Positions 26,101-38,824 of a DNA stretch of 64,000 nt are shown here, piece after piece (within the stretch, counting starts at the first letter, position 1; the number at the start of each line of letters is the position of its first letter). The stretch comes from Lytechinus pictus. Lineage: Eukaryota. The stretch spans positions 12,400,001 to 12,464,000 of the forward strand of contig NC_087246.1 in assembly GCF_037042905.1 (NCBI RefSeq), given 5' to 3'. The notes under the pieces were generated by a model, which did not search any database, had not been told where the DNA came from, and saw only the letters and a list, made by a program, of their open reading frames with translations. The translations under genes and the position numbers were made by a program.

Positions 26101-27440
26101 GGATCTATTTCATAAAACTTGGGATATAAGAGTAATCAAGTATCACTAAACATCCCCTGTGAGTTTCAGGTCACAAAACCAAGGTCAAAGGTCAGTTAAG
26201 GTCAATAAACTTAGGCCATGTTGGGGTAATTGTTGAATTGCCATCATAACTTTGAAAGTTTATGGATAGAGTGAATGAAATGTGGACATGGGTGTATTTG
26301 ACAAGTCTTAAGTCACCGTTCAAATGTCATCTATGGTCAATGAACGTGGTATTATGTCATTATATGAATGTTGTGTTTGTGAATGATTATTTTATAGTAG
26401 TTTTCAAAGTTAGCACTGCTGCTATATTAAATTGCGTAATGCAGGCGAGACTGCCAGAGGCGTTCCACTTGTTTCTACATTGTAGATGTAACCTGAAACC
26501 TGCTGCCCTGGAACATTTAGGGATATGATAATTCTTACAATTAATTATAACTCTTCGTTATATGGTTTGCCATAGTGTTACAACTAGTATCACACATAAA
26601 AATTCAGAAACAAAACAGTGTTTGAAATGAGAACCATGAATATCTATGTGCTATAGCAGACATACATTTTTTTCATTTTTGTTCTGTCCAAAAGAGGACC
26701 AAACTCAACACTGAGTACAGTCAAGACCTTAGAATATTACTTTCCAATATATTTCTCTAGTTTGAAGACAGTCCGAGTGTAATTTCCATTTAGAACCACT
26801 CTTTCCTTACCTGTAAAGTTGTTCTGATTAACTTGTCATGAGAGGCAATCATTGTACATTCTTTTCAAGTATCCAGAACATCTCTTGATTATTGCTTCAC
26901 TGACTGGCTTTGTCATAAAAATTATTAATATGTCATTTATCAGAATTGACTTCAATTGTTATATTTGTTTAATTTGCTTTGATTTATTGCAGGAAGGAGA
27001 AATCAACAGATCAAGTGATTAAGCCTGTTAACCTGGAAGCACTCAGCAAGTGGGTTGGTCATATACCCCTAGATGTAGTCTCAGACATGCCTAACCTTGC
27101 CCCTATGCTAACCCGACTTGGCTACGACCCCTATGCCCGTCAGCCAAAGTACGGTGACCCCGACAGGTTTGTACTCGACAACGAGGAAAAGATCGCCAAC
27201 AATGCCGCCGGTTTCAACGAAAACCTAAAAAGAGTTTACCGCGAGAAGGAAATAGATCAACAGATTGAAGGGCCTCAGGATGCTAGGCCCGAACAACATG
27301 GACAACCAATGGACAATCAAGATAGGGGTGGCCAAGATCATTTCCCAAGAGCGCCCCCTGTAGATAGGAGAGATCCTAGGCAGTACGCAAGAGACAGAAG
27401 GAATAGGAGAAGAGAAGGCCCTTATCCTGTGCCTGCATGA
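13307..27440 (+). CDS. TPST: Tyrosylprotein sulfotransferase, join(13307..14121,26993..27440), 420 aa
   Basis: Type II membrane N-terminus ([15 protein letters not shown]), 5'-[28 protein letters not shown], 3'-[13 protein letters not shown]; the spliced junction restores [20 protein letters not shown]. Phase-2 GT-AG intron of about 12.9 kb. Confidence 0.97.
16167..16806 (+). mobile_element. SINE with 7SL/Alu-like head and Deu/Nin-like core, interrupted by a MITE
   Basis: 16167-16208 resembles the 5' end of SRP 7SL RNA (GCGCCTGTAATCCAAGCTA); B-box-like GGTTTGAGCCCC; core CTTTCGGATGGTGACGTTAAAGGTC at 16256-16280; A-rich end at about 16798-16806. Confidence 0.55.
16352..16783. mobile_element. 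MITE (Harbinger-like) in the TPST intron
   Basis: Imperfect ~36-bp TIRs AGAGGCCGTTCTCATTACGCTTTCTAAAACTAGTTTA / TAAACTAGTTTTAGGAACGTAGTGAGAACAGCCTCT; CpG-rich interior, no coding similarity. Confidence 0.75.
17697..18555. mobile_element. TA-TSD non-autonomous DNA transposon (Tc1/mariner-pogo-like)
   Basis: Perfect 20-bp TIR GGGGAAGGCGGGGTAAGTTG / CAACTTACCCCGCCTTCCCC, TA on both flanks (17695-17696, 18556-18557); internal GGGGCAAGTTGAGCCA repeats in both orientations. Confidence 0.85.
19226..19481 (+). mobile_element. tRNA-derived SINE
   Basis: A box TGGCTCAGTTGG (19237-19248), B box GTTCAAACC (19282-19290), tRNA-Val-like loop (CTCACAA), then about 180 bp of non-tRNA body and a T-rich end. 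Confidence 0.8.
20411..21252. mobile_element. Non-autonomous P-element-like transposon
   Basis: Perfect 31-bp TIR CATGGACCTATTACGAATGGACATTCAACGA; 7-bp TSD GTGAAAC (20404-20410, 21253-21259); CpG-rich interior suggests a young insertion. Confidence 0.85.
24735..26473 (+). mobile_element. Helentron-associated (HINE/DINE-1-like) element, copy 1
   Basis: 5' TTTT-GTCTCGCCTGCAT subTIR plus adjacent inverted GCAGAGCGAGAC, (GGC)n tract, central ~120-180-bp tandem units (GGTCAAAGGTCATTTAGGGTCAATGAACTT...), 3' subTIR ATGCAGGCGAGAC, short hairpin, CACTTGTT end in T-rich context. Confidence 0.85.
25411..25801. mobile_element. Harbinger-like MITE nested in the HINE tandem array
   Basis: Perfect 27-bp TIR TACCCCTTTCATAAACCCAATAAAACA; 3-bp TSD TAG (25408-25410, 25802-25804); removing it restores the host repeat unit. 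Confidence 0.85.
26993..27440 (+). CDS. TPST: TPST coding exon 2 (C-terminal)
   Basis: Acceptor TTTATTGCAG|G at 26992/26993; [25 protein letters not shown]...[22 protein letters not shown]; TGA at 27438-27440. Confidence 0.95.
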
Positions 27441-29295
27441 TAAAGGGCTTGTAGATTAGTTGTAGCTTGTATATATTTATAAATATATTTTAATATTTGG
27501 GAATAAACAGAAAGTGCCAATGATTTGCTTTTGAAGAGGACGATTAGTTGGACTCCTGCCCGTGCAGTTTTAGATTAGATACTTGATAGAAAATAAAAAA
27601 TGTAGGAATCTTAAACCTCATCATTTGAAATGTTACAGAAAAAGCTGTGATCCATTTCTGTGTTTCGATTTATCTATATGAAGATTATAATGTATTATAT
27701 TTTTCTTATGACAATTTATTTCCTTTGTCACTGTTCAGAATGTGTGCAAAATACAGAGCCTTGGTTGGTCTACAAGAAATACAGAGAGATTAGAAATTTA
27801 TATCTTTAAATCTTCTCTTGTACAATTTCCATCGAAATTAAGCTTCAATTTCAGCTGTCATTCAAATGAAGTAGATGAAACTGGTCAAACTGATCTCCAG
27901 ATACAAGGTTGCATTCAAGTGATTTTATAAGCTAGAATCACAATCATAAAATCACAATGTAAAATATAAAATGCTCATTGTTGGCTAGCATTTTTATCAT
28001 CACTGATTCTCCCTCGTTTCAAGCACAGTTTGCTTGACCCAAGAAGAAACTTAGGTGAACTCAGAGTGTATGCAATCTATGTCCAATCAGGTCTGTTATA
28101 CAATTATGATTGACATCTATGTTGCATTCGTGTAATTTTTAATGACCTTGGTTCGGTAGAATCACCTTTTTAAAACACACCTTTTTCAGTGACCCATATG
28201 TGCAATTGTTTAAGAGACATTCATATTTATATTGAACAAAAACTTGCTCGTACACGGCCATTGTTTGAACTGAAAGTAATATCTTTGAAAACTGTGTTTC
28301 TGAGGTTAAAATGTGTGAATTGATTGTAGTCCAAGTCAAGCCTTGTCTGGTTGTCAGCATGATATCTCATTTGAGAATAGCAAGCAGACTTTTAACGGAT
28401 TAAGATTACAAAGATTAAGTGTTTTTTATGTCATATAGCGAACAAAAACTAGGTTATCAGACTGATATGACATGGATGTGTGTGTTGTATCTGTAGAAGT
28501 AGAAGGGCATTATTTGATATCTTGTATAACCCACCTCATAGGCCTACTGTAATCAATCTGTCCAACATCCTGTTTCATGAAGCTATTTGTAAGTTAGGCA
28601 TGATTTTATGAACAAATGGAACACACTCTTGTGCTAAATCAGATTTTCAAGTATTTTAATACCCATCAGCTGACATTTAAATATATTTGTAGATTAAATT
28701 TGTTGTTGTGAACAAGCATTTCAATCGCAGAGTTAATCATAATTTGACATATTTGACAAAATTTGATGGGGGGGGGGTAAACTCTGAGGAAATTCAGTGC
28801 CACTTTGTGAAAATGTCTTGAAAAATTTGGGCATTTTATTTACATATACATGTACATTGTAGTATATACCAGTCATTTTTTAAATCATGTGTAACATACA
28901 GACAGCTGTATAAAACACTTCTCAGTTTGAATTCACCAAAGCTATGGATATAAAAATTCAAGGGAAAAATCCTTAAGTAAGGATATAGTGAAATGCTATG
29001 TGCTGACTGATTTTTATTCAATTATTGTATTTTAAAATCATGTTCAGGAAGTTTGCATGATGGTTGGATAACTTGCTACTTTTAACAGTTGAGTCAACTT
29101 GCCCAAAGAGACCTTTTTGCGCTGATTTTTTTTTTCATTTTGATTGAAAAACAATAGTGGGTGGGGGTTTTTAAGAGAGGTTATGTCCAACCTGTAACTA
29201 AATATATACATTATTGACTGTTTTTGTAAGATACTCATTTGTCATTAGTGGCATTGATAGCCTTGTAGCAGGTAGTTAACATTTTCTCCATTCCG

Positions 29296-29972
29296 TTTTT
29301 GTCTCGCCTGCATAGCAGAGCGAGACTATAGGCGCTGTTTTCCGATGGCGGCGGCGTCGTTGTCAACATTGAAATCTTAATCAAGGTTAAGTTTTTTAAA
29401 TGTCATTATAACTAAGAAAGTATATGGATCTAGTTCATGAAACTTGGACATAAGGGTAATCAAGTATTACTTAACACCTTGCCTGAGTTTCTGGTCACAT
29501 GACCAAGGTCAAAAGTCACATAGGGTCAATGAACTTAGACCATGTTGGGGAATCAAAATCTTAACCAAGGTTAAGTTTTTTTAAATGTCTTCATAACTTA
29601 AAAAGTATATGGACCTAGTTAATGAAACTTGGACATAATGGTAATCAAGTATTACTGAACATCCTGTACAAGTTTCAGGTCACATGACCAAGGTCAAAGG
29701 CCATTTAAGGTCAATGAGCTTTGGCCGTGTTAGGGGTATTTGTTGAATTGGCATCATAAGTTTATGGATCTAGTTCATGAAACATAGACATAAGGGTAAT
29801 CAAGTATAAATGATTGTTTTGCACACGTCTTAGGTCATATGATCATGGTCAAAGGCCATTTTGGGTCAATGGACGCAGTATTTTATTATCATATGAATGT
29901 TTTCAAAGTCAGCACTGCTGCTATATCAAATAGCGTAATGCAGGCGAGACTGCTAGAGGTGTTTCACTTGTT
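29296..29972 (+). mobile_element. HINE/DINE-1-like element, copy 2
   Basis: Same 5' GTCTCGCCTGCATAGCAGAGCGAGAC and 3' ATGCAGGCGAGAC...CACTTGTT ends as 24735-26473, with fewer central units. Confidence 0.85.
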
Positions 29973-31431
29973 CATACAATTCAGCTTTCTCCCAGGGAAC
30001 GTGCTTTCGTAATGGTCAAGGCTGTATGGTGTCGGTGGATACTCAGTGTATTTTACACAAAGAGAAATTCTTGAGTTATATTATTGAAAGTAGGCTAAGA
30101 TACTGTTAGCCCCAGGGAAGCATAAACATGTACGTAAGTGTTAACCTTGAAATATAACAGTCATAGAGTGGAATAGCATTGTGTTTGTGAAGAGAAAGTG
30201 ACTGATTAACAAGAAATATATACATATTTACCTTGAATATGATTATATGTAAAATGAATATGGTATGCATATTTAAATCTATGTTTTCAAGTCCATTAAT
30301 ATCCTTTAAGAAAATTGTATCTGCCAATCTAGAATCAATAAGTTGTATTTTGTCTTTTTGACATTAAAAAGGCCACAAATAAAAAAGTTTTTAAATAGTG
30401 ACTGATGTAAGTTTTGGGCAGTATAACACTTACTGGGTACCGTCTATTTGAATGAGATATCACATTTTGTTTGAATTTGCACATGTTATTTATTTCTTAA
30501 GAGGAACTGGTTTTAAGATTTTGCTTTCATTTTAACAGGGTTACTTTGTTTTGTTTTTTTTTTTTTTTGCTTTTTGTAGATATAGTTTGGTCCTCATTCT
30601 TGGAATTTTGATATTTTTTCATTTTGATAAACGAATATTCATGTAAAAAATATCTGCCATTTTGTTTGTATGTACACTAACAGATTCAAGGCTGAAAAAA
30701 AAAACACAAAACATAAATTTCTTGCTTTATTACCTTGTATGAATGTCTTGACAATCATTTAATAGGGGGCGTTTTTTAAGAAGGCTAGCCCTGAATATTT
30801 AAGTATAGATTTCATAGAATAAGAAAAAAAAAACTCACAGAAAGTTGTTATCATTATCACTTGTGTTCTTTGATGACTTTTTTTTAAATTAGGGCTACAA
30901 ACGATAAACTGCCCCCTCCGGCATATATGTCATATAAATATATTTCCACTGCCCATGGAGTAGGCCTGTATGTGATTTTACTTTCTGTTCTGCATCTATT
31001 CCTGTCCATTTAATTGCTTGATAAGAACATAATTGACTGCTGATGGCTTCTCAATTGTGGCTTAATTAAATCCCAGTAGAAAGATTTTGGGAAAACAACC
31101 AAACGATGCGACATGGACACTCACATTATTATTCCAATTGAGATTGATAATGTAGATCCACTACAAATAGTATCCATCATCTATTGATCTCTCTCTGCTT
31201 TATACTCAAATCTAATGTGATAATTGGATGTGACTTTGTGGAATTGACTATACAGTGTGTACAAAACGGAGCAACATTATCAAGCATATATATATAAAAC
31301 ATTGTTATCAGTATGTAGTTTCACGACATGTTACATGCTGACAATGGTATCAGGGTTGAGATTTTAATATTTTGTTTTAGTTATCATATCATACAAAATG
31401 TATCAGATAGTTACTATTTAAGCCAATATCT

Positions 31432-31585
31432 TGGGCTTCATTTCACGAAGCTCGTCACCACTGACAATTTGTCATTATATGACAATTACCATAGTAACAG
31501 TTAGAGATCATTGCTTCTCAGCCAATCAAAACCAAGGATTTCAGTGATAATTGTCAGCTCAGACAACTTTCATAGAATGCCCCAG
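31432..31585. mobile_element. Short decayed MITE, same family as 43824-43993 in opposite orientation
   Basis: Shares TTACCATAGTAA, AGCCAATCA/TGATTGGCT and TGTCAG...GACAAC motifs; degenerate GGG...TTTCA / ...ATGCCCCAG ends. Confidence 0.55.
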
Positions 31586-31931
31586 TGAACTTTTTTTCTT
31601 TTCAAAGTATTTATTGAACATATTCAAAAGGTATTATTTTCTCTATTTTATTTTGTGATATCGTGCACAGGAATTGAATTTTTATTTTATTTGGATTCTG
31701 GATAAGGTGAAAAATAAAAGTGCATCGAAATAAAAATCAGCTCATACTGTACATAAGGTAAACAGTTAAACTTGAAGTAAATCTAGTCCAAAAAATGCAT
31801 TGGGAAAGGAGAGCTTTAATAACACAAAGAATTAGGTCTTATGTCATTCCGAGGGGGGGGGGGGGGTCTTGTTAGAATGAATATGAAAGAAAAGTAGGAT
31901 TAGCCACCTTGTTGAGCATTCAGTTCTTTAA

Positions 31932-32093
31932 TACCTTGGTCACATTTGATCTACGGCGGTCGTACAGCAAGTCGAAAACAGCCGTTTGAAAAATTATTGT
32001 ACCAACTACATATAGGTGGTTTGAATCAAAATTAATAAAACGGCTGTTTTCGACTCGCTGTATGGTTGCCGTAGAGCAAATGTGACCAAGGTA
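31932..32093. mobile_element. Palindromic Tourist/Harbinger-like MITE
   Basis: TACCTTGGTCACATTTG...CAAATGTGACCAAGGTA, near-complete fold-back over 162 bp; TAA TSD (31929-31931, 32094-32096). Confidence 0.85.
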
Positions 32094-33350
32094 TAAGTAA
32101 CCTCTCAATATTAATATGAGTACATGATATTTAGTCACCTTATACCAATGTATAGTAATCACATAGCATTGTGAGGCTAAACAAGATTTGAAGGTTTTAT
32201 TTCCTGATAATCACTGATGCATTTAGAATATATCCATGATATATATTTCAGGTTTTAGGCCTGTGGATAGGCATGGCATTATCAAATATCAACTATCTCT
32301 GCATGTGATTTTAAGGGGAGTAGAGATGTTGTTAGGTGGCCAACATTCTCGCTGAAATTCAAGAATTGTATTAGTAGTAATTCATGATTCAGTTTGGTTT
32401 ATAGACTTGTTTTTTCTTGAGGCTACACATGGTCAGGAGTTCATCAACATCCTGCATAAAGTGAGAAGCTCAGAAGCATTGTGTAAACATATCATTAAAC
32501 CTCCCACTTTCCTGATTAAATACAAAGGATTTACAATTCCAATTGAATATCAATGTATGACACGTACATGATAATCATAAGAAGTGAACCACTTTGGCTC
32601 GATGAAAAGCACATCCTGAGATAAAGAAAGTTATCAAATTTTAGGTTAGAGAGCTCAATCGGGTGGAAAATTTGAAACTATTGGTCTTAATTACCCTGCT
32701 TGTAACGTAGAGATCAGTGGCTGATGATATGCTGGATTGCTGAAAATTGGCCTATTCAAGTTTATACCAATGGGGCGTTGTTTAATGCAAGCCCATTCCA
32801 TCGGGCATTCTTATGAAGATGTGACATACATCATGATATGATACCATGATGTAGTACAATATTTTGGGAGTGAAATATATGAAGATGATGACTTTGTTCC
32901 TTTTAAGTCTTTGGAGAGGACAGAGTTTGCATAATTTTAAATCCAATCCCAGAACTATCCCTTGATGTTCAAGATTATGCAATTTGGAATTTATTAATGG
33001 AATGAAATGTGAAGTCAATTACCTTTATGTCCACAAAGTATGAATATAATACATTCCTTAAATATTATTTTTACCTCAGCTTCTGCCATATTTTTATTAA
33101 TGATATTAAAGTAGGTAAGGGTACAGGTATATTTAACTCTGCATTGTATTCATTGTGTAAAGGTTAGGTAAATTTAGGTAAGGTTTTTTTTCTTTTCCTT
33201 TTGTTATCAAATTTAATCAATACAGTCACAAAGTTTTTGTACTTTACACATCTTTGCTAAATGAAATGTTAGTTTAACATTGATTTAAAACATATATATT
33301 TTTTTATTTTCTCTGATTATATGTTGGACTTACCTAGTTACATTTCATTT

Positions 33351-34010
33351 TTTTTGTCTCACCTGCATAGCAGAGTGAGACTATAGGCGCTGCTTTTCCG
33401 ACAGCGGCGGCGTCAACATCAAATTTTAACCGAAGGTTAAGTTTTTGAAATGTCATCATAACTTAGAAAGTATATGGACCTAGTTTATGAAACTTGGCCT
33501 AAGTTTAATAATATATTACTGAACAGTTTCAAGTCACAAGACCAAGGTCAAAGGTCATTTAGGGTTAATCAACTTTGACCAAGTTTGGGGTATTTGTTGA
33601 ATTACCATGATAACTTTGAAAGTTTATGGATCTGATTCATAAAACTTGGACATAAGAGTAATCAAGAATCATTGGACATCCTGTGCAAGTTTCAGGTCAC
33701 ATGACCAAGGTCATTAAGGTCAATGAACTCTGGCCATGTTGGAGGTAATTATTAAATTGCTGTCATAACTTTCAAAGTTTATGGATATAGTTTATGAATT
33801 GTGGACATAGGGTAATCAAGTATCACTGACAAAGTCTTAGGTCCCATGATCAAGGTCAAATGTCATTTAGCGTCCATGAACGTAGTATTGTATCATTACA
33901 TGAATGGTGATTTTTTTAAATAATTATTTTATAGTAGTTTTCAAAGTCAGCACTGCTGCTATATTGAATCACGTAATGCAGGTGAGACTGCCAGAGGCGC
34001 TCCACTTATT
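33351..34010 (+). mobile_element. HINE/DINE-1-like element, copy 3 (variant subTIRs)
   Basis: 5' GTCTCACCTGCATAGCAGAGTGAGAC, 3' ATGCAGGTGAGACTGCCAGAGGCGCTCCACTTATT; same central units. Confidence 0.85.
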
Positions 34011-36107
34011 TTCATTTAAAGTGATAGTATTGCATAAAGTAATCCATTTTGGTAGTTTGAATGATTTCCATTTATGTCAGATGTAAGTATACCCACCAGA
34101 TTGACATGGATTTGCCATGATCATAATTTTGTATGTTTTATAGCGAATGAAATTCAGTTAACAGATTGAATTTTTGTTCATAGCTGCAGTATTTATTGTT
34201 AGTTATTATTGTTAGGTAGATATAGATATTGACATGTTAATATTGCTAGAAGAAATGCACAACTTTGGTATATCAGTATTTCAATTTGAACATGGAATCT
34301 ATGACCATTTTATATTATTCTTTGAATGCAGTTGAAGCTTGATGTTAGTATTATTTGTGTTCCATTGCTTAAAAACTTTTTTTTTTTATTAAAACTGATT
34401 TTTGCATTTTCTTCATTTTTACTTCATGTCACAAACTGCTCAAGTCTTGATTTTTTAAAGATTATTATAACTTTTCATATGAATTAGAAAACAATGAAAA
34501 TAATTTCTGGAAGTTCCCACAAAGGTCAGACTTTCATAATTTGCCCTATTTTTTGTATTTATATTCAATTGTTACAATTTTGCTTAGACATGTTCATAAT
34601 TTTTTTTAGGGGATTATCAACTTTACCACTTGGATTTCAAAGCTCTTTATATACCTTTTTCTGAAGTTTCAGAAATGAAATTTGTAATGATTTTCATAGA
34701 ATTTTGGATAAATAGAAGGCATTTTAGATCTTTCATTCCTATAGGTAAGTCTCATTATTGTTTTTAAATCAGAAGTTTTTGTGTGACTGAACTTTTTACA
34801 GTATTTTCTGGTTATACTTTTTGTTTTTATTATTAATATGTGACCAAACCAAGTAAGGCTGAAAAGAACATGTGAAACAGAACTGTTGAAGCTAATGAAC
34901 AATTTTGACAGAAATTGATGATTTTTCAGCATGTTACTGGACTAAAACGATCAGGGTTTCATTCCCAATGCTGCATCGTTAATTTGACATTTTTCTCTCC
35001 ACATCCAGGGTAAGTGGGTATACTTAAGAAAGAAATTTCCTTGGAATATTTGAGTCCTGAAATGGATTTGCTTATAAGCGAGGGTTGGATATTCTATGTG
35101 AATATCCAACATTTTCATTTGTTGCGATTTTAAAAAGCAAGGTAATATTAATTCTTCTTGTAATGATGTGACTTTCAGAGACTTTATGAAAAACATTCTT
35201 GCCATTTGCTGGTGTATTTGTTATTGTCAATGTAGCTCTTCTGCTATTGACAAGTTGCTAAATTTCCATATTTAATAATTCTCACATGCATGTAGATATT
35301 TAAACAATATTTGCTTTTTTGTGATGAAATTGTACATTCATGTCTACAATGAAATGATTTATTCAATATTTGTAATTAAATGTGAATTCAGAGAAACATT
35401 ATATTTTTATGCACTGTGTATGTGTGTTATGAGATGTAATGTTATCTTGCATTGACAATTTGCTGAAGAATATATTCACACCGAATGTTCGTTTAATTTC
35501 ATGTAGATAAAACTAGGAACATATTCAATTTATACACCAAATATTAATTGGATTTCAGACAATTTGATTCATGTTGGATTACAATTTTTTCTAGAGTATA
35601 GTACCAGAACAATTCAGTATTTTCATATTTTATTGATCATTTCCCCCAATTTTAGTTTGATTTTGCGAGTATGTTTTCCTTTAGTTTATTCATGTTATCC
35701 ATACATTGTGTAGAATGTCAGCATTTGTTACTGCTACAACTACAAATATCTCCTCATTATAATATATGAATTTGTCATGTAAAGTATTAAAAAGAAAACC
35801 TTTTCATATTTTAACATATACCTACCCAGAAGGGGCAGTTAATAAAACACTTATTAAAATATTAACAGATTCTTGTTAAAGTGAATAAATTCCATTCATT
35901 TAAATGACAAGGTTTTTAACAAGAAACTTTTTATTTTGTAATAGACATTTTATTAAGTGTCCCTCTGATAAGTTATCTCTTTGAATTTGAGTAGACTGTT
36001 TTCAGAATATATATTTAATATTTTGCCATTTTGTATGGAAACCTTCCTCGTGTCTCTCATGCCATGCTAACTAACAATAAATTCTATCTGAGGCAAATCT
36101 ATTCACA

Positions 36108-36360
36108 TGTGAGTTTGTGTAACTTAGTTTTGATATTGTTTGTTTTATTTGAGTTTGATATGAATTGAGTATGAGTTGAGTTAAAGTAAGAATTCAGATT
36201 AAGTCGATTGAGTGTGAGTTAAGAGAGTTTGATTCAAGTGACAGTTGAGTTTTATTTTTTATGTTAGTAGAGTTTGAGTTGAGTAAAACTTGTAATCTAT
36301 ATGAGTAGATTTTGAACCGAGTATGATATGATTTAGAGATGGGTCTAGTTGGGTTTAATT
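36108..36360. repeat. Degenerate (GAGTT)n simple repeat
   Basis: Many GAGTT, GAGTTT and TGAGT units. Confidence 0.6.
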
Positions 36361-36472
36361 TTATTAATGGAATGTATTCTGCATTCAGTAGTGTTGATGC
36401 TTTTTAACAAGGTCTCAAATTGAGTTAATTAATCATTGAAAATTATCTTCATTTATTGATACTGCCCCATTT

Positions 36473-36692
36473 GGTGACACGACATGTGCTCCTGCGACAT
36501 TTGCTCCGGTCTTAATGTCTCAGAAGGCAAAGGATTAGAGTTAGGATTGTAAAAGAGTTTTGGTTCAAAATACTAGTAATGTAAAGATTAGGATTAGGGT
36601 TTAATTAGTTTTGGTGGTTAGGTTTTATGTTTGTCTTAACGTGCAGATTTTCCATCAGGGCAATTGTCGCCGGAGCGATTGTCATGGAACCC
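36473..36692. mobile_element. Short TIR element with TTAGG-like interior
   Basis: GCGACATTTGCTCC-type motifs on the left and inverted GGAGCGATTGTC / GGGCAATTGTCGC on the right, around degenerate GGTTAG/GATTAG repeats. Confidence 0.5.
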
Positions 36693-36883
36693 CTACATAT
36701 ATACCATTTCAGTGATTGTTTTTTTTTGTCTTTAGTCTTCACTTTTTGATATATATGATTAACACTTAAATGTGAATCGTCTAATGAGAGATGCATGTTC
36801 TAATATGAGTTTATCCTAACCATCTCTTATGAGCTATCATTTACAACTCGGGCCTATGTTTACCTGTAAGGGTAGACTCAGAC

Positions 36884-37059
36884 NNNNNNNNNNNNNNNNN
36901 NNNNNNNNNNNNNNNNNNNNNNNNNNNNNNNNNNNNNNNNNNNNNNNNNNNNNNNNNNNNNNNNNNNNNNNNNNNNNNNNNNNNNNNNNNNNNNNNNNNN
37001 NNNNNNNNNNNNNNNNNNNNNNNNNNNNNNNNNNNNNNNNNNNNNNNNNNNNNNNNNNN
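36884..37059. other. Assembly gap (176 N)
   Basis: Run of N bases. Confidence 1.
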
Positions 37060-38824
37060 GATCACAAACTACTGTGTCTGATGAGAAGAAATTTGAAGAT
37101 GAAACCTAGAGGATGTTTCATGATGAAATCATGCAGCAAAACCAGAAGAGACACAAAAGAGAACTAATTATCAATTCTTCATCTACATTGGTACATTCAG
37201 TGCTGGATAAAGTACATTATATCTATAAAAATTGTAAGTAAGCCCCAAATCAATAATTTTTAATACTCGCCCATATACATGTATATGACATTCGAAACTC
37301 CATTTTACCAGCTTGTCAAGAAAATATGAACCCAACAAAAAAAAATGAAGTTATGATACAATGATTTATTAAAAAACAATATAAAACACTAAATATTGTA
37401 AAAGTTATGGGCTGCAACTCCCCATCAAAAAAGGGTAACTGTATACTATTATTCATATGAAAACAAACTATGCTTGTATCGTGTTTCTATTATAAAACAT
37501 GGATTTTGTTGAATAAAAAAAGTGACGCATAATTCTCTGATATAATTTACAAAGAGGAAGCAATATATCAACTTCCTGATAATACTGCGAACAATACCCA
37601 ATATATCATTTCAATATTATTATATAGGCCTATTATACCAGGAATATAAGTGAAGTGTGAAAACTGATAGGTATATTCGCCGACAAGTCTTCAAACTTTT
37701 TATCTACATCCTTTTCACCTTTGTACCTCACTATCTCACTTAACCTGTAATGCGGAGTGGTCGTTTCCCCAGTTCATATTCTAAAGTTTATCCAAACAAG
37801 ATTGAAGAATAAAATCGTGATTGATTAATTTATTACCCATAAAATACATGCTATATGATGACTTTACTATTTTTAATGCATATCTCTAAATGAATTGACA
37901 TGATGTCAACTAAACAAATGTTAAAATGATTAACAGAAAGTGTAAAGTGTCTTTTTCTTCTTCTTCTTCTTTTTTTTTTGGGGGGGGGGGCGGGTCGTCC
38001 CCATTCCAGGTGTCCTACCAATCTGCCATCAAAGCCTGCACAAGGACATTATTTGAATAGTCAAAATACATCAATGACAACGGAGACAAACATTGTTGTT
38101 CAATTCATGCTCGAATTGAGTTTCAAGTTGAGTAACCTTTAACAATTGAATTATTCACATGCACAACGATATCCCTATATAATCAGGATTGTAGACCGAT
38201 CAATTTATGAGTTAGACCCCCTTTTGTCAACTTACAGGAAGGTGGGCCCGGGAGGTGGGCATACATTATTTAATGTGTGCTACCACGCCATTTAGATTGG
38301 TCGTATATTTTTAATGTGAACGAGTTACTCTCCAGACGCAAAGTCATTCGCAGTGATAAAGACAAGAATGAGCTGTATGTAATAGAGTGTGCGTTCAAGA
38401 ATCAATGAAGAATAGGTTCCTCAGAGAGCTCTCAATCAGGCTGTACTGAATTCATCTGAATTTGGCATGTAAGTAAAATATATCTTCTCTATTTGTACAT
38501 TTAGCAAATTCGAGGAAACTTTGAGAATATATATCAAAAAATCATAAAGCAAAATTAAATGTAGAACCTTTTTACAACTTGAGGAGAAACTGTAGACAAG
38601 ATACAGATTTTATAACTAAGAACGTCGCTTAGGCGACGACCAATTGTAGCTCATAAATATGCAGTATACAAACCCCTACTTTGGCAGAATGTCAAAGGCC
38701 AAATTAAAATATATATATATTTTGTTTTTTAAAAATGGTGATAAATGTTTTTTATATTTTGAATCCAGTGTTATTATGAAGAACATATTTCTACTTTTAT
38801 TATTAGTTTGGCTTAGGACTCACA

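Noticed and set aside
24735-26473. CRISPR-like or other spacer array
   Set aside because: Units are long and homologous throughout with no unique spacers; bounded by Helentron-type ends in a eukaryotic intron.
36829-37167. ORFs spanning the N run
   Set aside because: Artefacts of the assembly gap.
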